Shown: positions 50,901 through 62,783 of the stretch, piece after piece | Position numbering within the stretch: the stretch's first letter is position 1 | How the letters are laid out: every line of letters begins with the position of its first letter | Assembly: GCA_002269645.1 (NCBI GenBank) | Contig: NIVC01000514.1 | Coordinates: 493,453 to 557,452 of the forward strand | Source: Macrostomum lignano | Lineage: Eukaryota | Direction of reading: 5' to 3' | DNA length: 64,000 nt | Made by a program: the position numbers and the translations under genes | Notes under the pieces: model-generated | Told to the model about the DNA's origin: nothing | The model's input: the letters and a program-made list of their open reading frames with translations, nothing else | Databases searched by the model: none

Positions 50901-53900
50901 GGATTAATGAATCTTTCCAAATTGGGAAATGGATTAATGAAATCTCCCCATATTAGGAAATGGATTCTTGGAAATCTCACAAATTGGACAATGGATTAAT
51001 GAATCTTTCCAAATTGGGAAATGGATTAATGAAATCTCCCCATATTGGGAAATGGATTATTGGAAATCTCCCAAATTGGACAATGGATTAATGAATCTTT
51101 CCAAATTGGGAAATGGATTAATGAAATCTCCCCATATTAGGAAATGGATTCTTGGAAATCTCACAAATTGGGAAATGGATTAATGAAATTCTCCAAATTA
51201 GGAAATGGATTAATTAAAATCGCCCAAACTAAATGGATTATGGAAATTAGCAGTTGGACAGAAATGAAAAGAAAGCCGGGCTCGCTACAGATTCAGAGAT
51301 TCGGTTCAGAAGCAGCTGGCGCGCACTGCAGCTCAGCCCGCATGCCCCGAAGGCTCCCCCGGCAAAGAACTCAGTCAGTCTCTGTAGAATTTGAAAGGAA
51401 AATCAAGTGAGGCCGGCTGAATGCTGGCGGATCGGCCTGCGGGCTCTCAGCTGCAAGAAGCTGAGCACATCCGGCTTGCACTACCAGCTTCATCCGGATC
51501 GTCAGCCCCCCGATAAGAGGCAGTCAAAGCGGGACCGTCCCTACTGCCAGCGGGGATCAGGGAGGGCAATTGAGAGGGAATGAGGAAAATGCCAGCGCCA
51601 AGTGTCTCGCTGACAGCTCGCTAAAGCAGTGCACTTGAAAGAACGAACAAAGTCCTCAAAACGGTCACCCATCATCAATTAGGCGCAGGTGAAGGCGCTG
51701 GCTGAGCAGCGCCCCGAATCCCCTGACCGCATAAAAGGACAAACGAAGGCCGAGCGAGATGCACTTCAAGACAGTTGATTAAAGCAAAGCGAGCCAAAGC
51801 TGATAGATTGCTGGCAACGGTGGCGAGAGCCGCCACAAAGGCGGAGACAATGCGGGCCGGCCAACTGCTACAATTGGCAGAGCGGAACGAGGCCGACAGG
51901 ATCATCTTTCAATGCAACAAGGCTGGCCGGGGCGCTCGTATCAGTTCATCTCTCTGCCCGGATGCCCCGCAAGCACTGCCAGCATGCGGGCCGTCACTCA
52001 GCCTTGTTCGCCCAAGCCAGCCACCCCCGCCCTGCGCTGCCGCCCGGGCGCGAACAAGCCGCCGCCGCCACCTGGAGATTGCGCACTCGCTGCTGCCGCA
52101 GCGGCCAAGCCCCGCTGGGACTGGGAGGTCGCAGCCCCCCAGCCCGCAGCGTTTTCACGTCCGCGCCCAGAGGCAGCGCGGGTCAAGCTCGCAAAGATGG
52201 GGCACAGGCGGGCACTGCTGCCTCCAGCCGAACCTTCCCAAGCCCCAATTGCCCAGCGTAGCCGCGAACTGCTGCGACTTTATTTATAGCAGATCGGCAT
52301 TTGCACCGGGCGCGGCCGGGGGGGTAGCAGCGGAACGAATTCGAACCGAATTCCAAGGCTCTGCCCGGCCCACTGCACAGTCCAAAATAGAGAATGCTTG
52401 TTGCCAACAAGGAATAACTCAGCCAGGGAAGATCGATGTGAAACTCTTCGTGTGGGAGAATCCGGCCGGCCTAAAAGCGATTTCGCCACCGCTGGCTGTC
52501 AGGTGTCCCACCCTGATCGCGGGATTCCTGCAGCATCCGGCAGGCAAGCAGGGGAGGTGGAACGCGGCGGCATGGAGGGGGGACAGAAGCTCAGCCTCGG
52601 CTTGGTTGTAATTAGTGAAAGCCATAAGCAAAAATTCCTAATGAATTCGGCAGCCACCGGGAAGCCGGACTTATGAATATAAAATGGGACCTGGGAGAAG
52701 GCGGGGACCAGGGCGGCCTCACAGAAGCAGCAAAACAGCAAGAAAACTTATTAGATTTTTCCAACAGGCACGCGAGAAAGCAGAAAATAAACGCCGCCTC
52801 AGAAGCCGCAGCCCGGAACGCGGCAGAGACCGGGGCGAATGAAATTATTCTGAGCAGGGGAGGAAGGGGAGAAAGTAGTGCCGGCCAGAGCTGATCAAGT
52901 TCTGCAGCAGGCGGACCAGATGCTGGGAATTCAAGGGCGCCAGGCCGCTTCCAGACCCCCGTGTTGCTGGAGAAATTGTATCTGGGCCCCGCGGGATTTT
53001 TGAGGAGATCGGAGGGAACAAAAAGCTGCAGTTTGCGGCCATTCATCATGAGAGAGGAGACAGGAAGGAGGCGAGACTGCGCATATGAATGGCAGCGGGG
53101 CGCATATGAATAATAGCAGCGGCAGTTAAATAGAGCCGCAATCGCACGCATTAGCCCATCTGCCAGATCGCTGCACCGTGTCCCCCTGTCCGTCCGAAAC
53201 TGGATTAGCCCGGCGCCCCATGGAGCGGACCTGATTAGCGCTTGGCTTCCCACCGAGACGGGCGGAGCAGCTATGGAGAATAAACTCCCCACGCCTTCCC
53301 CAAGGCGGATTAATGCGGGGCGTATCAGAAGAGACAAGAGCGATATGAGTGACAAAAGTGCGCGCTAATCCCCTAGTGATACAGTTCTAATCCCAGCTCG
53401 AGCTCGGCTGAGTGCTTTGAGAGCTCAGGATCGAGCTGGGGACACTTTGAGCTGCCCCGGCGATTTCAGGCGGAATTAAAAGAAGCAGAGCAAGCAGAGA
53501 GAACAGGACAGCTCATAGAGTTCGTGCTGAGAATTAGTTTTGATTATTACTGATCGGCTACCGATGTGTTGATCGGCTACCGATGTGCACTGATACGCTT
53601 CCGATATGCACTGATCGGCTACCGATATGCACTGATCGGCTACCGATATGTGCTGATCGGCTACCGATATTTGCTGATCGGCTACCGATATGTGCTGATC
53701 GGCTACCGATATTTGCTGATCGGCTACCGATATGTGCTGATCGGCTACCGATATTTGCTGATCGGCTACCGATATGTGCTGATCGGCTACCGATATATAC
53801 TGATCGGCTACCGATATATACTGATCAGCTACCGATATATACTGATCGGCTACCGATATGTGCCGATCGGCTACTGGCCGAAGTTCCGTCAGGCCAGTGG

Positions 53901-56435
53901 CTGAGCCAGTCCAGATATCCACCGGGGTTAATGCGGACACAGAGAAGTCCTGATAGGGCATGTTAATAGCCTGAAGAGGCTGACAAGGTGCAGCTCGGAT
54001 GCTGAACGAAAAAAAATGCCTTCTTCTCAAGGAAATCCAAAGAATAAAAAACGGTGCAGACTAAAATGGAATAATAATAAACCCAGTGAATACCGCTAAT
54101 TTAAGAAAAGTACACTGAAATAATTTACAACAGTTGAAAGCAATGGACTGCAAACATTAAAGTACACGGTGCAGACGAAACTCGCATAAACTGCAGATCG
54201 GACAGAATTGGCTTCATGGACTGCTTGCGAATGCAGGACGGGCAGGGGGACTGGCCGAGCAAGCGGGGCCGGTGAAGCCCGATAAACAAACAGCCGTGTA
54301 AACAGAGCCACCTTCGCGACCTCCCCACCCTGCCGGACAGTCAGTGAGGGGCAGGCGGTGTCGCGCCGCTCGCACACAAGAAATCCCAAAGCGATCGGGG
54401 ATTAAGCTGCTGGGCGAGGCGCTGAGACCGGCGGACAGGGAGGAGGAAGAAATGAGAGAATTTTGCCTTCGAGCCGAGGCCGAGCTCCGCGAGCCCCACC
54501 TCCCCCCCCCCCGCCAGCCTAAGCCGGGCCCAAAGGCAGTAAAAACCGGCACGCAGAGGAAAACTGAGATGGGGGAGGGCGGATTTGAAACAAGCAGAAG
54601 GCGGATGCGCTTCTCGCCCAGCTGTGCCGAGGGCAGAAGAAGTCGCTTATGACGGGACGCCCCTGAGCGGCAATTTCCTAGCATGCCACGGGCTGCCGCA
54701 GCTGGTCCGCCTGCTGATTACTGGCTGCGTCTGCCGCTTTGAGAATGACGCAAATTGGGAAACTCTTGCGAGTTGAGTGGGCATGGGGACTGGTCAGCTG
54801 ACATGGGGACTGGTCAGCTGACATGGGGACTGGTCAGCTGACATGGGGACTGGTCAGCTGACATGGGGACTGGTCAGCTGACATGGGGACTGGTCAGCTG
54901 ACATGGGGACTGGTCAGCTGACATGGGGACTGGTCAGCTGACATGGGGACTGGTCAGCTGACATGGGGACTGGTCAGCTGACATGGGGACAGGTCTCGCA
55001 TGCTGGCACAAGGCAACTCACCCCGAACATGGAGCCGTGCAGGGCAGACGTGGATCCATTGGCCTGCAGCTGTTGTGACGGCGGGTCATTTTGCAGCAGT
55101 GCTGGCGGTGATGAGGAGGAGTTTGATATAGTTGATGCACGAATAACTGTTTAACTGCTTTACAGAGGGTTAACGGTTCAATCAGAGCTACATGAATTTT
55201 TACATTGGGTACACAATCTCCTTCAGTAAGAATTACAATTCCGAATCCCATTTATAAACTCTAATCCACTCACACAGCTTGGAGAAGGACAGGGAGATGC
55301 GGGAGCGCAGACTCCTCAGCCGGTCCCGGCTCGAAGCGGTCCTGGCCACGGAGGCGGCGGCCTGCTGCTGCTGCTCGTGACAGCCTGAGTGGCGAGCGGG
55401 GAGCAATTCGGGATGTGAATCTCAATGGGATTTTAACAAAGTTAAACAAGTTTTTCAAGAGTTACCTATCGTGTGGAGTTAAGAGACTGCAATTTCAATT
55501 TTTTTATAACGAAACTGCAGTGTAGCAAGCCAACAGCCCCCATGGCGCTCATATCCAATATCGCAGTGGTGAGCACTGAGCACACACAGAGCACTCCAAT
55601 ATCGCAGTGGTGAGCACTGAGCACACACAGAGCACTCCAATATCGCAGTGGTAAGCACTGAGCACACAGAGCACTCCAATATCGCAGTGGGAGCACTGAG
55701 CACACAGAGCACTCCAATATCGCAGTGGTAAGCACTGAGCACACAGAGCACTCCAATATCGCAGTGGTAAGCACTGAGCACACACAGAGCACTCCAATAT
55801 CGCAGTGGTGAGCACTGAGCACACAGAGCACTCCAATATCGTAGTGGTGAGCACTGAGCGCACAGAGCACTCCAATATCGCAGTGGTGAGCACTGAGCAC
55901 ACAGAGCACTCCAATATTTCAGTGGTAAGCACTGAGCACACAGAAAGCACTCACCCATCTCAGGCACAGCCAGCGGAGCAGCTCCTGTTGCCATGGAAAC
56001 GGCGCCAACGCCGAGCTGCGCCTCGTTCATCGACTGAACCATGAGGTCGTCGCCGGGCCGCTGCGGGCAGCACCGATGGTGGCCGCCTTCGCCACCGCCG
56101 ACAGCCGCACCTGCAGCCAGGTAGGCGGCGTAGCCGGGCGGCAGGTTCAGCACCTCGCTGCGTGGCCGCGGCGGCTTGCCCAGGCGGAGCAGCGAGAAGC
56201 GGCTCTTCGCCGTCACCTGAGGCTGCTGGTGATGGAGAGGCTGCTGATGAAGCTGCAGGCCGCCGCTGGTCCCGGCTACGGCGGCCTCGCTGGTGGCGGT
56301 GGCGAGAGCGGTGCTGGCGGAGCGGGCGATGCCGTTGGCACCTGAGAAGCCGGGATAGCGCTGGTCGGAGGGCAGCTGCGCTTCGGCCTCGTAACCATAG
56401 TAACCGCTGAGATGCTTGGCGCCGTGATGAGTCAT
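44955..56435 (-). CDS. CDK14: PFTAIRE-type cyclin-dependent kinase (CDK14/CDK15/Eip63E class), 11 coding exons, 738 aa
   Basis: Exons (minus): 56435-55955, 55384-55274, 55146-55022, 48353-48206, 48082-47695, 47192-47113, 47036-46942, 46847-46785, 46015-45677, 45462-45213, 45091-44955. All introns are GT-AG, phases are consistent, and the total is 2217 nt. Motifs [67 protein letters not shown]. The link of the three 5' exons across a 6.7 kb intron is inferred from phase and from similarity to the Eip63E N-terminal motif. Confidence 0.93.
45490..45660. repeat. Intronic minisatellite, 20 bp unit cagactatgggactggctga
   Basis: About 8.5 copies filling most of CDK intron 45463-45676. Confidence 0.95.
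46065..46732. repeat. Intronic minisatellite with alternating ~33 and ~42 bp units around aaggaatccgattggctggggaggctg
   Basis: About 17 copies in CDK intron 46016-46784. Confidence 0.93.
47452..47705. repeat. Minisatellite, 31 bp unit spanning a CDK exon/intron junction
   Basis: gccaccaggccccacaaactcactgtgagaa x8; the rightmost copy overlaps the exon end at 47695. Confidence 0.93.
48525..51205. repeat. AT-rich satellite, ~30-33 bp unit (aaatctcccaaattgggaaatggattaatg), 2.7 kb, intronic
   Basis: Continuous array of variants with two-unit (~63-65 bp) and larger higher-order blocks. Confidence 0.96.
53548..53875. repeat. Minisatellite, 21 bp unit tgatcggctaccgatatgtgc
   Basis: About 15 copies. 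Confidence 0.95.
54781..54990. repeat. Minisatellite, 20 bp unit catggggactggtcagctga
   Basis: About 10 perfect copies, starting ~30 nt into the intron after the exon ending at 55022. Confidence 0.96.
55545..55948. repeat. Intronic minisatellite, 39-41 bp unit gagcactccaatatcgcagtggtgagcactgagcacacaca
   Basis: About 10 copies starting right at the donor of the exon ending at 55955. Confidence 0.95.
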
Positions 56436-57607
56436 GCCGAACTAGGCGGGCAGAGGTGCGATAGTGGGATAGCTGGGCTCGGATGGCAGCTCAGCCGCTC
56501 TTAGATGCCCAGTGTGCGAGTGGCTTGCATTTCCTCTGCTGTCTGCTTTGGGGAGCTGCAGTTAATAACCATGCAATGTTGCGCGGTTCAATGTAGCAAA
56601 TGCTAGTTATGCACAGTAGTTATGCAACATAGTTATGCTGCAGTTATGCACAGGAAATCAGAAAGAACAAAAAAGACACCATGGGAACGCGAACTTGTTT
56701 TTATGATAAACAATGAAAAAATGTGCTCAAGTTTTGCTTTAAAGGCTCTTTTAGTTAGAATTGGCTCAAGTTTTTGTTATAAAAATATTTAAATATAACT
56801 AACTGCCAAGGCTTGAATAACTCAATAAAACTCAATACAAACCTATACTAAAAGAATGCTATTATACCTATACTTAGAGAGCTAAGAGAACTACAGCTAA
56901 GGAATAAATCTAAAACAATAATTAATGGGTTCTGTTTAAAGTACAGTACCTAGAAAGTGCACTTTTATCTAGCATTGCTAATCATATTGTTTCTTCTTAT
57001 GTTGTATTAAGTTACAGGGGCATGTAGTTACAGCATAGGTCTATATTCTACATGTTGCATAAAGTTATAGAGGACATAGTTATAGGTACAATCACTGATT
57101 TGTTCATAATTATTAGTTATTATAAATTCTTATACTTGCTTTTTATTCCAACTAGACTCTATTTGATGCAGCTACAATTAGTAGTGATCAGCCTCTAATG
57201 CAGCTACAATATCCATTAAACCAGCCTCTAATCTAGCTGGGATTTCAATTGACTCAGCTTCTGCAACTTAGAATTCTGTTGAACCAGTCTCTAATCTAGC
57301 TAAAACCAGCTACGAATTAGCTAACTAGTGCTAAAGCTCAATGTAGCAAGCTTTAGCTATTAGGTGATGTGAAACACATGATCAAAAAGCAAAATTATTC
57401 TGACTTGCAATCTAACATGCTTGCTAAGGATTTATTGAATGTTGAAAATGTTAAGCTTGGCAATGATATATTGCAACTATATTGTGCTTCTGCAATTATA
57501 AATTGCAATCTGGACTGGATCTAGACTGCTTGGCTAGAGCAGTATCAATTGCATCATGGCTAGAAGACTCATGTCAATTAGCAAAGAATGCCAGATAGAC
57601 AAGTTGA

Positions 57608-57768
57608 GTGATTTCTTGTCACAGGATCACTGAGATCGGATCAATTTGAGATTTCTTGTCACAGGATCACTGAGATCAGATCAATTTGAGATTTCTTGTC
57701 ATAGGATCACTGAGATCGGATCAATTTGAGATTTCTTGTCACAGGATCACTGAAATCGGATCAATTTG
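57608..57768. repeat. Tandem repeat, 40 bp unit, 4 copies
   Basis: gatttcttgtcacaggatcactgagatcggatcaatttga repeated. Confidence 0.92.
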
Positions 57769-60006
57769 ATTGTTGAGCAAAACAAGAGGGTCTCTGCATA
57801 AAGATCAAAGAAAGATATTATCTTGACACAATGATGCACTTGGCATTCTTTTTTGGGCTTGACACTTTTCTTGAGCTCTGCTCTACAGAATTGAATTTTT
57901 ATTTCTTTGAATTTGAGAACCAAATCAAAAGGCTTATAAAAACATATTGCAAGGTAGCCAAGAAGCCATACAATGTTGAGCTGCATGACAAATTAGACAC
58001 TGAGCCATTGAAGAGAAGTCAAAGAGCTGTACAAGTTCATCAAAAACACTTCTTGAAAGGCAGCAGAACTAATTGCCATGGATCCAGATAGTCTATCAAT
58101 CCCATTGGCTCTCAAAGCAGCATTTTTATCTAAGCCAAATAGAAATGCTAGCCAACCAGATGTTGTAAACAATGCAACAATTGCTAAAGCTAAATCAGAA
58201 ACTATACCCCATAAAAAATGGATAGACCACCATAGTGTAGAAGGATAGGTATAAAATAGAAATCATATACCAAGGCTAGGTATAGTATATATTGTATATC
58301 ATTCATTTTTACTACAGGGCCTTTTATCATACATATTATAACATTATATATGTTGGCCACACTATTGTACATTATATGCATAGTGCATTCACAGGTTCAC
58401 AATAAGACTATGAATTTATAAATGGCTACATTACTACTATTTATATTACTTGAAGTTGTAGTCAATATAATAGTATGTTATATGATATTTAATTACATTA
58501 TTAGAATGCTCATTAAAAACAAAATTTACAATATGTTTTTAATGTGTTTTTTTACAGTTTAAGTATAAAAACTGTACAATACAATAGTTTTTAAAACCTT
58601 GCTGCAATAAAACATAAAATTTATATTTTTAGGCCAAGCAAATATATAATATAGATTTACCTTTTATTTTAGTCTTTACTTTATATAATGATTTTTTAAT
58701 TTAATCAACACTTAATTTATTTGTATACCAACTTCTATGCTTTTTCTTGGAATGTCTATAGAATTGAGCATTGTTATACAGCTAAAGTAAAATTATTTGA
58801 CTATTATTATATTTATACCGTTATATATACAAAAGACTAAAACTGAAATTTACTTTTACTTTTTGTCATACATGGAAATCCTTCTGCACTATGGATAGAC
58901 CACTCTGTAAACTTCAAAATTGTGTTATTTTTCTTGGGTATAGTTTCTAAATGCTAACTTTTGTTTTGGTAGGAATATACTTTGCTACAAAATTTTCTAT
59001 TTCAAAAAAATTGAAAGAGAATATAGGTAAATTTTATCTTATTTAAACAATCCTGCTGTCCACAGTAAACATCTAACAACTTTTGCAACAATCCTATAAT
59101 GTAGGAATAAAAAAGAAAAAGAAAAAATAGCTAATTATATTGGCATTGCAGTTTATAGTGACTTTTTGCCAAAACTAACTAGGGGGCATAAACATTTTTG
59201 TTCAATTTAAAAAATATATGCTATGCAGAACTTCAAAAGCACCCTTTTTAATGTACTTTGCAAATATTTTTTAAAGCTCTAACATTAACTCTAAGTAGGC
59301 CTTAATATTATACTAAAGCAAAAATTAATATAGCCTAATAATAGGCCTAGATATAAAATATAAAAATCTAAGATTCTTGATTTAAAGATTGAAATCAAGA
59401 GAACTAGGCCTAGTTCATTAATAATTGTATCAATAATCATATCAAAATTTTAAGTAGAATATACTCATGAGTCATAAATGCCTCGAACCTGTCAACCTGA
59501 TCCAGCCAACCAACCAGGTGATGCTACAATATTACAGTATTATTCATATTTAGATCGGGTCCAGGGGCAAGGCTGGAGCTCTAAACCAACTAAGTAATTT
59601 TATCAAAGCTGTCACTTACGCCACTTACCACTAGATCCGCGTACTGTACTAAACTACGCCTACTACTAACAACAAATGGTACAACAACACGATTATTTCT
59701 CAACAATTTATAACGGATATTTCGGTAATTTCGTTTATTCTAACGGTAACTTTCCTTCAGTCGTACATCTCTGCATTTATGTTTTCTTTTTTAATGCGCT
59801 TTGAAAATTTACATTATTCTTTTTGAGTGACCTATCTTTTGTTTTTCAACCAAACGATTTGCGAACATAGCATACAGCTTTGTTTTAACCAGTTATATTT
59901 TTCACCGGCTTGTAGCATTAGAGCTATATACAGTGGTATATAGTGGTCCTTGGCCTCTGCTAAAACGCAGCTAAAGTTTAACTTTAACTCGATTATGGCA
60001 TATGCT

Positions 60007-60034
60007 GGACTGACTGACTGATGGACTGACTGTT

Positions 60035-60066
<32 letters not shown>

Positions 60067-60797
60067 TGACTGACTGACTGACTGACTGACTGACTGACTG
60101 ACTGACTGACTGACTGACTGACTGACTGACTGACTGACTGACTGACTGACTGACTGACTGACTGACTGACTGACTGACTGACTGACTGACTGACTGACTG
60201 ACTGACTGACTGACTGACTGACTGACTGACTGACTGACTGACTGACTGACTGACTGACTGACTGACTGACTGACTGACTGACTGACTGACTGACTGACTG
60301 ACTGACTGACTGACTGACTGACTGACTGACTGACTGACTGACTGACTGACTGACTGACTGACTGACTGACTGACTGACTGACTGACTGACTGACTGACTG
60401 ACTGACTGACTGACTGACTGACTGACTGACTGACTGACTGACTGACTGACTGACTGACTGACTGACTGACTGACTGACTGACTGACTGACTGACTGACTG
60501 ACTGACTGACTGACTGACTGACTGACTGACTGACTGACTGACTGACTGACTGACTGACTGACTGACTGACTGACTGACTGACTGACTGACTGACTGACTG
60601 ACTGACTGACTGACTGACTGACTGACTGACTGACTGACTGACTGACTGACTGACTGACTGACTGACTGACTGACTGACTGACTGACTGACTGACTGACTG
60701 ACTGACTGACTGACTGACTGACTGACTGACTGACTGACTGACTGACTGACTGACTGACTGACTGACTGACTGACTGACTGACTGACTGACTGACTGA
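60007..60797. repeat. (ACTG)n tetranucleotide microsatellite, ~790 bp
   Basis: Almost perfect run. Confidence 0.99.
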
Positions 60798-60944
60798 AAT
60801 GATTAAGACATCACAACAAAGCTTTTTTGGATGCTAGCATTGCCCAAAGAGCTGGTAATAAGCTGCAATGCTATATCACATTTATTCAGAGTCAAAGAAG
60901 CTTATTGACTCTATAGTTCATTTGAAAGCGAGGCTGCCGCTCGA

Positions 60945-61115
60945 TCATAGCATGCAGCCGCCCTGACCAACGCAGAAGCCGAGATTGCACACGTTTTCAG
61001 GCTCTCCAACACAGCTGCCATCGTCACTCTCAGCGTCGCAGCTGCAGTCGCCAGCCGCCAGTTGCGCGGCGCCTACCAGAACCAGAGCAACGAGAAGCAT
61101 CAGAAGTCTCAGCAT
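60945..61115 (-). CDS. Small secreted cysteine-rich peptide, 56 aa (signal peptide plus 34 aa mature part with 6 Cys)
   Basis: Hand translation: MLRLLMLLVALVLVGAAQLAAG-DCSCDAESDDGSCVGEPENVCNLGFCVGQGGCML*. Kozak-like GAGCCATG, a hydrophobic h-region ending in an A-A-G cleavage site, AATAAA at 60886-60881 (~60 nt after the stop), and a pyrimidine tract plus AG 34 nt upstream. It is below the 60 aa ORF-track cutoff. Confidence 0.75.
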   Translation of the reverse strand: MLRLLMLLVALVLVGAAQLAAGDCSCDAESDDGSCVGEPENVCNLGFCVGQGGCML

Positions 61116-61971
61116 GGCTCGGCTTGTACGAGTAGGAGTTTGATCGAATCTTTAAATGAAAGTATTGAAAATCGCGAGTTGCAGAAAGCTCGGAGGTGTG
61201 AATCGAACTCAATAAATGTAAAAGAGAGTCCGGAAGCCTTCATAGGGGCGGGGGCGGGCGGCGAGGACTTTTATGGCTCTGTGTTTTTGGTAGCTGTCGA
61301 AATGATCGTCAGGCTTCTGCATACTCCCCGGCGAATCGACGTTGTCAGCCAGGAGCGGCTTTCTTTTGAAGCGGAAATTTTCATTGCTGTGCCGCCGAGT
61401 TGACTTCGCCACTTTTATTTCGCCTGTCTGCTGGGATTGTTTTGCACCCGTCACTAATTGTTGACTTCATTTTTCCACACACAAGTTGCCTCAAACGGCA
61501 CAAGATTGCGTCCGCCCCAATTTTTCCTAACTTTCCTTAAGTTTCTTTCAGTTTTCTCAAAGAAAACTTCTGATTTGCTGTGTTCGAGTCGCATTTTGTC
61601 AGAGCACGTTTATTGCAAAAGCAAACTCTCAGACTCGAAGTCTACATAGCGTTTAGGGAGATCCTTTGCCATGACTAAAGCCTAGCTGCTTTAGAGGTTT
61701 CGAAACCGCTCGTATTTAGGATTTGTCAACATATTGCTCCATCAAATTGAAAGTCTGTGACACGAGAAGCCCAATTGGCCCTCGCCGGCGGCTGAATGGC
61801 CCACTAGCAAGCACAGCTGGATGTCTTGGGCCTGCACCGCCACCCCCTTTTATAGACACTATGATGACGAAAAGCTCTTAACTGTCGTCTTCAGTGGCTT
61901 GGGAAGTGATAAGCTGGAAGGCGAGAAAGGGCAATTTTTTTTGCTCAAACAAATATTAAATGGAGCGCGAT

Positions 61972-62783
61972 AGAGGCATGGGGGTGCGGACAGTGACAGT
62001 CACAGAGGCATGGGAGGTGCGTGCGTACAGTGACAGTCACAGAGGCATGGGAGGTGCGTACAGTGACAGTCACAGTGGCATGGGGGATGCGTACAGTGAC
62101 AGTCACAGAGGCATGGGAGTGCGTACAGTGACAGTCACAGAGGCATGGGGGATGCGTACAGTGACAGTCACAGAGGCATGGGGGATGCGTACAGTGACAG
62201 TCACAGAGGCATGGGGGATGCGTACAGTGACAGTCACAGAGGCATGGGAGTGCGTACAGTGACAGTCACAGTGGCATGGGGGATGCGTACAGTGACAGTC
62301 ACAGAGGCATGGGGGTGCGTACAGTGACAGTCACAGAGGCATGGGGGTGCGTACAGTGACAGTCACAGAGGCATGGGGGATGCGTACAGTGACAGTCACA
62401 GAGGCATGGGGGTGCGTACAGTGACAGTCACAGAGGCATGGGGGTGCGGACAGTGACAGTCACAGAGGCATGGGGGTGCGTACAGTGACAGTCACAGAGG
62501 CATGGGGGTGCGGACAGTGACAGTCACAGAGGCATGGGGGTGCGTACAGTGACAGTCACAGTGGCATGGGGGATGCGTACAGTGACAGTCACAGAGGCAT
62601 GGGGGTGCGTACAGTGACAGTCACAGAGGCATGGGGGATGCGTACAGTGACAGTCACAGAGGCATGGGAGGTGCGTACAGTGACAGTCACAGAGGCATGG
62701 GGGTGCGTACAGTGACAGTCACAGAGGCATGGGGGATGCGTACAGTGACAGTCACAGAGGCATAGGGGATGCGTACAGTGACA
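61972..62783. repeat. Minisatellite, 32-33 bp unit gtacagtgacagtcacagaggcatgggggtgc
   Basis: About 25 copies. Confidence 0.96.

Noticed and set aside
51250-54780. GC-rich ORFs of 60-280 aa on both strands inside the large CDK intron
   Set aside because: No domain motifs and overlapping ORFs in many frames, as expected for GC-rich noncoding DNA. An alternative promoter or first exon cannot be excluded.
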